Part shown: piece after piece, positions 52,701 through 63,429 of the stretch
Layout: every line of letters begins with the position of its first letter
Numbering within the stretch: the stretch's first letter is position 1
Notes under the pieces: model-generated
Database searches by the model: none
What the model was told of the DNA's origin: nothing
The model's input: only the letters and a program-made list of their open reading frames with translations
Origin: Pocillopora damicornis
Taxonomy: Eukaryota
DNA: 64,000 bases
Reading direction: 5' to 3'
Assembly: GCF_003704095.1 (NCBI RefSeq)
Contig: NW_020846492.1
Location: 372,001-436,000 of the forward strand
Position numbers and translations under genes: made by a program

Positions 52701-55700
52701 CACAGCCCGAGAAAATGCTCGACAAATCTAGTCCTGGCAGACTTGTCATTCCCAACTTTAATCAAAGTACTTTCACCGCACAGGTCAAAGAGACTAAGCC
52801 ATCACCCAAAGTCGACAAACTCAAAACTGAAGAGTGGCTAACACAGGTAGTGACTCAGGAAGAAGTCAGATCGGAACCACCTCTCCAAGCAAACAAGCTA
52901 TCAGCGGATAAAATAGAATTTCTTCACAACCAAGATACACAGCCCGAGAAAAAGATCGACAAATCCAGTCCTGGTAGACTTGTTATCCCCGAATTTAGCC
53001 AAAGCACTTTCACCACAGAGGGCATAGAGACTAAGCCATCACCCAAAGTCACCAAACTCAAAACTGAAGAGTGGGTAACACAGGTAGTTACTCAGGAAGA
53101 AGTCAGNNNNNNNNNNNNNNNNNNNNNNNNNNNNNNNNNNNNNNNNNNNNNNNNNNNNNNNNNNNNNNNNNNNNNNNNNNNNNNNNNNNNNNNNNNNNNN
53201 NNNNNNNNNNNNNNNNNNNNNNNNNNNNNNNNNNNNNNNNNNNNNNNNNNNNNNNNNNNNNNNNNNNNNNNNNNNNNNNNNNNNNNNNNNNNNNNNNNNN
53301 NNNNNNNNNNNNNNNNNNNNNNNNNNNNNNNNNNNNNNNNNNNNNNNNNNNNNNNNNNNNNNNNNNNNNNNNNNNNNNNNNNNNNNNNNNNNNNNNNNNN
53401 NNNNNNNNNNNNNNNNNNNNNNNNNNNNNNNNNNNNNNNNNNNNNNNNNNNNNNNNNNNNNNNNNNNNNNNNNNNNNNNNNNNNNNNNNNNNNNNNNNNN
53501 NNNNNNNNNNNNNNNNNNNNNNNNNNNNNNNNNNNNNNNNNNNNNNNNNNNNNNNNNNNNNNNNNNNNNNNNNNNNNNNNNNNNNNNNNNNNNNNNNNNN
53601 NNNNNNNNNNNNNNNNNNNNNNNNNNNNNNNNNNNNNNNNNNNNNNNNNNNNNNNNNNNNNNNAGTCGACAAACTCAAAACTGAAGAGTGGCTAACACAG
53701 GTAGTAACTCAGGAAGAAGTCAGATCAGAACCACCTCTGCAGGCAAACAGGCTGTCAGAAGATAAAAAGCAATTTCTTCTTAACCAAGATACACAGCCCG
53801 AGAAATCATTCGAGACATCTAGCCCTGGAAGACTTGTTATTCCCGACTTTCGTCAAAGCACTTTCACTACAGAGGTCAAAGAGACTACGTTATCGCCCAA
53901 AGTCGACAAACTCAAAAGTGAAGAGTGGGTAACACAAGTGGTTACTCAGGAAAAAGTCAGATCAGAGCCACCTCTCCAAGCAAACAGGCTGTCAGCAGAT
54001 AAAATAGAATTTCTTCACAACCAAGATACACAGCCCGAGAAAACGTTCGAAAAATCTAGCCCTGGTAGACTTGTCATTCCCGAATTTAACCAAAGCACTT
54101 TCTCCAGAGAGACCAATGAGACTAAGCCATCACCCAAAGTCAACAAACTCAAAACTGAAGAGTGGGTAACACAGGTAGTTACTCAGGAAGAAGTCAGATC
54201 AGAACCACCCCTTCTGGCAAACAGGCTGTCCGGAGATAAAATGCAATTTCTTCACAACCAAGATACGCACCCCGAGAAAACGTTCGACAAATCGACCCCT
54301 GGGAAACTTGTCATTCCCGACTTTAATCAAAGCACTTTCACCTCAGAGGTCAAGGAGACTAAGCCATCGTCCAAAGTCGACAAACTCAAAGCTGAAGAGT
54401 GGGTAACTCAAATACTTACTCAAGAGGAGATCAGATCAGAGCCACCACTTCACGCAAACAGGCTCTCAGCAGATAAAATGCAATTTCTGCGCAAAGATGA
54501 TACACAGCCTGACAAAACATTCGAGAAATCTAGCCCTGGAAGACTTGTTATTCCTGACTTTAGTCAAAGCACTTTCACCACAGAGGTCAAAGAGACTAAC
54601 TTATCGCCCAAAGTCGACAAAATCAAAACTGAAGAGTGGGTAACACAAGTGGCTACTCAGGAAAAAGTCAGATCAGAGCCACCTCTCCAAGCAAACAGGC
54701 TACCAGCAGATAAAATGCAATTTCTTCACAACCACGATACACAGACCGAGAAAAAGCTCGACAAATCCAGTCCTGGTAGACTTGTTATTCCCGAATTTAG
54801 CCAAAGCACTTTCACCACAGAGGGCAAAGAGACTAAGACATTGCCCAAAGTCAACAAACTCAAAACTGAAGAGTGGGTAACACAGGTAGTTACTCAGGAA
54901 GAAGTCAGATCAGAACCCCCCCTTCTGGCAAACAGGCTGTCCGGAGATCAAATGCAATTTCTTCACAACCAAGATACACAAGCCGAGAAAAAGTTCAAGA
55001 AATCCAGCCCTGGCAGACTTATCATTCCCGACTTTAATCAAAGCACTTCCACCACAGAAGCCAAAGACACTAAGCNNNNNNNNNNNNNNNNNNNNNNNNN
55101 NNNNNNNNNNNNNNNNNNNNNNNNNNNNNNNNNNNNNNNNNNNNNNNNNNNNNNNNNNNNNNNNNNNNNNNNNNNACCACCTCTGCAGTCCAACAAGCTG
55201 TCAGCAGATAAAATGCAATTTCTTCACAATCAAGATACACAGCCCGAGAAAAAGCTCGATAAATCTAGTCCTGGCAGACTTGTCATTCCCGACTTTAATC
55301 AAAATACTTTCACTGCACAGGTCAAAGAGACTGAGCCATCGCCCAAAGTCGACAAACTCAAAGCCGAAGAGTGGGTAACTCAGGTATTTCCTCAAGAAGA
55401 GATCAGATCAGAGCCACCATTCCACGCAAACAGGCTCTCAGCAGATAAAATGCAATTTCTTCACAAAGATGATACACAGCCTGACAAAATGTTCGAGAAA
55501 TCTAGCCCTGGAAGACTTGTTATTCCTGACTTTAGTCAAAGCACTTTCACCACAGAGATCAAAGAGACTAAGTTATCGCCAAAAGTCGACAAAATCAAAA
55601 GTGAAGAGTGGGTAACACAAGTGGTTACTCAGGATAAAGTCAGATCAGAGGCACCTCTCCAAGCAAACAGGCTAGCAGCAGATAAAATAGAATTTCTTCA

Positions 55701-58395
55701 CAACCAAGATACACAGCCCAAGAAAATGCTGGATAAATTTAGTCCTGGCAGACTTGTCATTCCCGACTTAAATCAAAGCACTTTCACCGCACAGGTCAAT
55801 GAGACTGAGCCATCGCCCAAACTCAAAACTGAAGAGTGGCTAACACAGGTAGTAAGTCAGGAAGAGGTCAGATCAGAACCACCCCTACAGGCAAACAGGC
55901 TGTCAGCAGATAAAATGCAATTTATTCACAACCAAGATACACAGCCCAAGAAAAAGCTCGACAAATCTAGTCCTGGCAGACTTGTTATTCCCGACTTTAA
56001 TCAAAGCACTTTCACCGCACAGGTCAAAGAGACTGAGCCATCGCCTAAAGTCAACAAACTCAAAGCTGAAGAGTGGGTAACTCAGTTAGTTACTAAGGAA
56101 GAGGTCAGATCAGAACCACCCCTTCTGGCAAACAGGCTGTCTGGAGATAAAGTGCAATTTCTTCACAACCAAGATATACAAGCCGAGAAAAAGTTCAAGA
56201 AATCTAGCCCTGGAAGACTTGTCATTCCCGACTTTAATCAAAGCACTTCCACCACAGAAGCCCAACACACTAAGCCATCGCTCAAAGTCGACGACATAAA
56301 AAGTGAAGACTGGGTAACAGAGGTTCTTATTCAGGAAGAAGTCAGATCAGAATCACCTCTGCAGGCAAACAAGCTGTCAGCAGATAAAATGCAATTTCTT
56401 CACAACCAAGATGCACAGCCCGAGAAAAATCTCGAAAAATCCAGCCCTGGGAAACTTGTCATTCCCGACTTTAACCAAAGCACTTTCACTACAGAAGTCA
56501 AAGACAATAAGACATCTCTCAAAGTCCAGAAACTCAAAACTGAAGAGTGGGTAACACAGGTTGTTACCCAGGAAGAAGTCAGATTAGAACCACCTCTCCA
56601 AGCAAACAGGCTCTCAGCAGATAAAATGCAATTCCTTCAATATCAAGATACACAGCCCAAGAATAAGCTTGTCAAATCCAGCCCTCGAAGAGTTATCATT
56701 CCCGACTTTAATCAAAGTACTTTCATCTCAGAGATCAAAGACACTAAGCCATCGCCCGAAGTCGACCTTCTCAAAACTGAAGAGTGGGTAACACAGGTAG
56801 TTACTCAGGAAGAGGTCAGATCAGAACCACCTCCCCAGGCAAACAGGCTGTCAGGAGATAAAATGCAATTTCTTCAAAACCAAGATGCACAGCCCGAGAA
56901 AAAACTCGAAAAATCCAGCCCTGGCAGACTTGTCATTCCCGACTTTAACCAAAGCACTTTCACTACAGAAGTCAAAGACAATAAGACATCGCCCAAAGTC
57001 AAGAAATTCAAAACTGAAGAGTGGGTAACACAGGTTGTTACTCAGGAAGAAGTCAGATCAGAACTACCTCTCCAGGCAAACAGGCTGTCAGCAGATAAAA
57101 CTCAGTTTCTTAACAACCAAGATACGCATCGCGATAAAAAGCTCGACAAATCCAGCCCTGGCAGACTTGTCATTCCCACCTTTAATCAAAGCACTTTCAC
57201 CACAGAGGTCAAAGAGACTAAGCCATCGTCCAAAGTCGACAAACTCAAAACTGAAGAGTGGGTAACACAGGTAGTTACTCAGGAAGAAGTCATATCAGAA
57301 CCACCACTTCAGGCAAACAGGCTGTCAGCAGATAAAATGCAATTTCTTCACAACCAAGATACACAGCCCGAGAAAAAGCTCGACAAATCCAGCCCTGGCA
57401 GACTTGTCATTCCTGACTTTAATCAATGCACTTTCACCACAGAAGTCAAAGACATCAAGCCATCGAAAAATTACTTCATAAAGGATATACATTCTACTAA
57501 CGGTGGGAATGCCTTGTCATCTGAGATGGTTAGGCATATGAAGAGCCCTAAAAATGTCATTGAATTACAAAGTCGTGAATTACCACTTACCCAAAAGAGA
57601 GAGTTAACGGATGAATGGAAAGTGGAGGATAAAGGAAACGAAGATTGGCGATCACAAGCACCACAACCTTTAAAGGAGTCATTGGAAAAACTTAGATCAC
57701 TTTCTAGAACCCAGGAAATGCATTCAATGACAGGATCTGATGTGTTACCGAAAAATTCAAATGTGCCTCTGAGGGGTACTGACAACACCTTCTTCATTCA
57801 GATTCAAGATGCAGCCTTCACAACTGGAAATTACAAAGATGAGCAGGCGATAAGGCATTATCTGACTGAATTACCTGCGGGAAAAACAGGGTTTGTTCGA
57901 TCAAGGGAAACAAACCAAGTTTTAAAGTCAGATAGAGCTCATTCCTCCGACAGCGTTGTAATTCCCGTTGAACCGAAACAAGTTTCTTCTTCTTCTGGAG
58001 TCGTCATACATAACAGTGAGAACTGGATAACTCGCGCAAATACAAGTATATCGCCTGCAGAGAAAGAAAAGATTTTTTTCCATGCCGGTGAGGCACGTCA
58101 GGCTGTAAAATTAGGAGGGGTCTCATCTAGTGGCAGCGCAGTCATTCCCATTGAAATAAAGGACATTTCTTCGTCACCAAAAGTCCAGATACATGATGGA
58201 AAGACGTGGACTACTCGGCAGACCTCAGTTAAGTTGTCAAGAGATGACAGATCCTTTGTAAGTACTGGCGAAACTAAAGAAGTCATAACGTTGGATGGCT
58301 CTTCATCCAGTGGTGTTGTGATTCCAGTGCAAATTTCAAGCGAATCTTTGACTACAAACGTCAAGATATATAGCGGCCAAGTCTACACACCCTGA
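49718..58395 (+). CDS. Giant single-coding-exon tandem-repeat protein (roughly 2900 aa; exact length unknown because of gaps)
   Basis: The two long ORFs of the track are one reading frame broken by the N gap 53107-53663. About 370 aa of T/Q/S-rich N-terminus, >=26 units of 79 aa, then a unique region with three ~60-aa repeats; TGA ends at 58395. Splice acceptor ttcttcactttttacgcag ends at 49623. Confidence 0.85.
50930..57466 (+). repeat. Coding tandem array, 237-bp (79-aa) unit
   Basis: Trp codons recur every 237 nt: 50939, 51176, 51413 ... 53072; 53689 ... 54874; 55372, 55609, then 55837 (9-nt deletion) ... 57259. Consensus TEEWVTQVVTQEEVRSEPPLQANRLSADKMQFLHNQDTQPEKKLDKSSPGRLVIPDFNQSTFTTEVKETKPSPKVDKLK. 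Confidence 0.98.
53107..53663. other. Assembly gap; others at 13794-13999, 18810-18909 and 55076-55175
   Basis: Runs of N. Confidence 1.
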
Positions 58396-61300
58396 TACGT
58401 TCAAAAAGAAAGGCGTAAATCACAAACCGCTTCTCTCAAAATCGTTATATTCTGAGCTTGACTGGCGATGGAAAAGTCCAAAATTTCATCAAAAATGCAA
58501 TAACACTTAAGACATATTATTGGCAGTACCCCTGGTTAAATTCGCAGTAAGTTGCCGCTGGTCTTCCAAGAATGTTCTTTTTTTTTTAATTTAAGCGGTG
58601 CCGTGGTTTGCGTCATTGACCAAGGCTAAGAGGAAGTACAAGTAACCTGCACATAATAGGTCAAACTTTTAAGTAAGAATTATCTGCTCAGTCTCATACT
58701 TTTCTAAAGTAAAGCCGTTTGAGCCCGAAAGCGAAAGGCTGCATTGGCAATCTACTGCTTTCGCCCTTGTCTTCTCTGTCTGATAATTGTATGCATATAA
58801 TGAAGTTTGGGGCTGTGCGGAAATCTCAGCAAAGTTTCTTCAGAGGCTCTTAAAGCTCCTGGTAATGCAAGCGGAATGTATAAAGTGTATCATGACTTTC
58901 ACTGAATGAGTTATCTTGATCGGTTGGAATCACATCAAGATGACTGGCATGCAACAAGTAAAACCTAAATTACGAGAAAGATGTAGATTAGACAATTAGA
59001 CAGGAGCAAACATGGTCTATTTTTTCACTTGCTTATGGTAATGATGGAATCAATTTTGTTTATTTATGAGCTTTTAAAAAGTACAGTGACCTGTTTGCTT
59101 ATACTAAGTCAAATTCTCAGTTGAGAAATATGGTGGAGTCACATGAATTTACAGTTGATTTTATTGTGAATTCATATATTTTCTGAAATTTGATCTTATG
59201 TTTTCTAAATTCGTTTTTTGTTTGATTTTAGCAAATGTTGCATCAGAGTTCCCAGCTTTTGTTTGGACAACTCTACCACTTCAATGGCTACAAATAATCT
59301 TCAAAAAGCAGCTTGCATAATGACTTAAATTAGAAATTAGGCAAGGTAAAAAAATTTGTATAAAGTATATTATACAATGCATTAAATCAATAAGGACAAA
59401 TAATTCTTGTTAAAAAAAAAACAATAAATAAATACTCCTTGGTCCATTTTACTTGTCTCACTTAATATGTTGAGATATTTATGAAAATTAAGCTTGAATT
59501 AATTAACAGTTTGAGATATACAAGCTGTGAGAAACAAATTGGATGACAACAATAATATCAAAACACTAAATCCTAAAATATGACTTGACATACCCTGCTA
59601 TATTTTCTACAAATTATTCAGCAGGGGGCTATAAGCTTAATCCAAAAAATTGCCTTATTAATGATCGAGAGCACTGATAAAAACATTAAGAACTTACCTC
59701 AAAAGCTACATAGATACTCCAAAATCAGCAGAAGGGAAATCAGCTTTATCCTTAGTCAGTACTGTTGAAAAAAATGTAACTACTCTGCTTTCATCAGAAA
59801 CTAAAAAGTTTATGATTAATTGGTGGAATGTGTCAAGCAATTTCATACTGAATTGATACAACTGAATTAGATATTAAGGAATCATTAGTGGGATGCCAAT
59901 TTGTCTATAAAAAGTGTATCTACATGCCTTAACATTCTAGCATGCAGAAGTTTTGGCAAGGGCAGTGTTTTCAGAAAGCAATTATTAGTTGATCCCAAAC
60001 AATGCAGTAAGGTGAAATTGAGTGCAAAAATATTGAAACTGAGAACAGAAACTTGAAAAGTGTCCCCTTACAAAGTTTACCTATAGGTCCATGCATTGTG
60101 CTCAAAATCACTTTGATCAGCTAGTCAAATGAGACTCCATTGATTCCATACCATAACTTATCAGATCATTAAGGTAACAAGTGGGTAGAAGTCTGTTAAA
60201 GGGTCTAAAATGACAGTGAGCCCTGAAGTATAGGACACCCCTTCCTTAGCTTTGAAAATAAATGAGAGTGATATCTTATTTGTCATGTCCTTAGGCATCT
60301 GTAACATTTCAGCATTAGACCCCACTAATCTGAAATATCTCCCTTACTCTTGATAAGGGACTGTGCAGCCATAATCTGCTTGAAAAGAAATGATTCATGG
60401 GTTACAGTTACATTGGAAGGTAGTTCTGTTAGTACAACAAATTGCCCTGTACTTCTGTAGTTGGCATGCAAGGTCATATGGTGTTTAAATTTGGTCTTAT
60501 TTATAATCCATTTGACTACTTATAGTGCCCAGTGTTACAGCTAAACAAAAATGTGAAACAAGTTACTCTGATTTAATCCACAATGCTTCTTCTCTTTCTA
60601 CCCATCACAACATGATTCAGGGTAAAAAAAGGGATACATTGTGGTATAGAATTCAATGTTATCCTTAGCCATGTGCAAAACCTTAAATCAAGACTATGAC
60701 AAAATCTATGGAACAAGATTCATGGTTATTAGCAGTCTGATTTAAGCTCTTATGAATCAGTGTATGCAGCATGCTTGTAATTGGAAAGTGTAATAGGAGA
60801 GGTTACTGGCCACACATGTGTAATTGAACAGTATGTCTTTTGTGCACTATCTTGGTTGTATGGTAAGCTGAATCATACATAATTTTTTTTGGTTCTTACC
60901 CATGATCTATTGGAAGACAGAGGCATAGATGAGGTCAGCATTATAACAACTGTTAATAATCATAATAGGACCAGGTGGAGTGCAATTCAGTCTGTAACCA
61001 TACAAGTCTGATTTGTTAATAATGAGTATGATTACAGACAGAATTGAATGACACAAAGTCCTGTAACCAATTAAACAAAACTATGACAACTTAGTTTGAG
61101 AAAGAAACTAGACATTGGTTATACATTTTCATGAAAAAACAACAACATTGGCTTCCATCCAATTGGATACAAATGTGAAAATATTCGCATTGGTTTTGAA
61201 TAGGAAATAATTGTTGTTGTTATTTTTTGTCGTTTGGTTTTCAAAGATTAGAATTAAAGCAAGCAAAGTTACGAATAAATTTCATCGTTCTCGTGTAGAG

Positions 61301-61664
61301 TGCTCGCAATTAAAGTTTAAAACCTAATAAAAATGTCCAACAATTAATATTCAGCTTTTGTTTGTATGCAGTTAAGAAATATTTCTTAATAAAGTGCGAT
61401 GATCTATGCTTTTTTAGGTCGGAATGGAAGCTTGTTTCCAAAACCCTGATTCCAAATATCTGGAAAATTTTACAGATTGTCTAAATCTTCTCTGAAATTT
61501 CCCAGTGGAGATATACCAGCGTTCCTTACGAATAGCGAAATGACGCGATTTTCAGCTTGCCTGCGCTTTAAATTGAGTTGTTTTTGTAAAGATACTCTTA
61601 ATCTTACCTTTGTTTCCCTCTTAGATATAGATCATAGAAACCATTCTGAAACGAGGCTGAAGCA

Positions 61665-61735
61665 GCCACGTTTTTGGCGCGAAAACCTGAGCCTTCAGAC
61701 TAGTGACGTACACACGTTCTTGCAGCCAATGAGAT
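61665..61735. promoter_or_regulatory. Candidate promoter: double E2F site, CRE-like site and CCAAT box
   Basis: TTTTTGGCGCGAAAA (61671-61685), GTGACGTA (61703-61710) and AGCCAATG (61724-61731) in a CpG-retaining patch. Confidence 0.6.
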
Positions 61736-62121
61736 TTGAATAATTGCGACATAGGTGATACCAAGTGGGAGAGAGAGACAGAGAGGAAGGGAAATCCATT
61801 TATTTCCTGAGTTCCTTTCTCTAATTTTGTAAGGCACGGAAAAAGTTGATGGCTAAAGATGGATATGTTGCGTAAGTGATAGTGGAGAGGAAATGATCGC
61901 AATGAAATATTTATCTGGAATGGACTATCAGACTGCAAAAACATTCTGGGAATAGTTTCCTATTAAGATTAGCCTTGAACTGCTTGCTGCTTACTTAAAC
62001 GGCAAACAGTGAAAAAAAAAAAAAAAAAAAAAATTAGCATAAGATAATATACACTGTCTCGGAGACGTCTCATGCATCAGTGAAATCTTTTGTCAACAAT
62101 ATACTGCTCTTTATATCATGC

Positions 62122-62960
62122 CGCTCTGACGAAGAGCAAACGCTTGAAACGGGGATTCTTTACGGTAGCCAATTTACATATACCCCCACCGATGCAGAAC
62201 TATAGTTTCTTTAGAAACGTTCCCCCTTTCGTCATATATTTTTAGAAAGATGAGCCCAAATATTTGTCGATATCGTTGTGCAAAGAAAGATAATTGGTCG
62301 CTACTGAGGATTCAAACTTCAAGCATATCAATTTTGTGGTGGAATGCTCTATCAACTTATCGTGTTTATTTTTTTGTTTTCTTTGTTTTTTTTTAATAAA
62401 ATTTGGCCATGTAAAAAAGATTTTCATTTTTGAGTTGATCAAAAGAAAAGGAAAATAGGCACGATTAAACCGCCATAGAAAGAGAAAAGGTCTTAATGAA
62501 AGTAAACGGTCTTTAATTACAAACAGGAAATATTGAACAAACAACGTGACGTTTAGCACGATGCGAAACCGGAATAATTCAACTTGAAAATTTTAATTTC
62601 AAATATGTTTGGCAAAGCTTAGGTCGATCGACGCCAATAGTTAATGTATTTCTGCGATTTGCGGATTGCCAGCTGTCGAGGACAGCGTGCCTCGGCAAAT
62701 TTTCTTTCTTAAGGTAATTTGGCTTTATGATGCAAATTAACCACCGTAAAGAGTTTCTAAAGCTAACATTTGACATTTGAAGCATTTAATAGCTCTTCGT
62801 TTGAGCGAATAACCGGAAGGGCTAATGCTTGCAATGTTAGCTTAAGAAACTCTTTACGGTGGCTAACTTGCATCATCGATTTAGTCGATAAAACCAGATT
62901 ACCTTTCAAGAACCCCCACCGACGCGGCACCGCAATTCTTTTAAAGAATTTCTCCACCTT
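62122..62960 (+). mobile_element. Two family B copies (62122-62230 and palindromic 62712-62960)
   Basis: gctCTGACGAagagcaaacgcttGAAAc at 62123-62150; ccaccgtaaagagtttct / agaaactctttacggtgg inverted arms. A minus-strand fragment lies at 48751-48810. Confidence 0.65.
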
Positions 62961-63429
62961 TAAAGAAATTTCCGTTCACAATTTATTTCAATTTCGTGAG
63001 AATTAAATTTTATTCGAAATACCTAAAAATCGTGACTCATACCCTGTCTTCAAATTATTGTCAAATAACTCTTAGTTAAAGACGTAATGATCACGAAAGT
63101 GAACCGTTGCATGTCATCAAATTACATAAAAGGCCAATTGACAGTCACGAACACTTTCATGTAAATACAGCCATTACGAGTATTTGGCTGTAGGTACTCA
63201 CGTTCGTAATAGCATGTTACTTTTAAGAAGCAAAACGTTGTTTACTTTACTTCAGTTTCGCTGAGTTCGCCACGTGAAGTGAGAATGGCACCCACACGCA
63301 CCTAAATTTGTAACAAAGAGCCTAAGCAACCGGATGGGTTAAACGGAATTGTTTTAAGATTAATCTGCAAGTTAATGATTCGTACTAATTTTAAAACTTT
63401 TGTCGCGTCATTGATCGAGGTCGACAGTA

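Noticed and set aside
53071-53695. Apparent frameshift, or two genes, between the 1325-aa and 1774-aa ORFs
   Set aside because: The break is inside an N gap. Trp-to-Trp spacing across it (617 nt) is not a multiple of 237 or of 3, so the gap length is only an estimate.
50930-57466. CRISPR array or non-coding satellite
   Set aside because: There are no unique spacers, the unit is 79 codons with an open frame throughout, and the context is eukaryotic.
58905-58946. 12-bp hairpin after the TGA-ending giant ORF as a SECIS element
   Set aside because: The ATGA/GA quartet does not register with the helix, there is no proper apical AA, and the protein has no selenoprotein context.
59762-61607. Intronic C/D or H/ACA snoRNA in the hidden transcript
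   Set aside because: I found no canonical C box/D box pair or two-hairpin ACA layout by eye, only short 7-bp stems.
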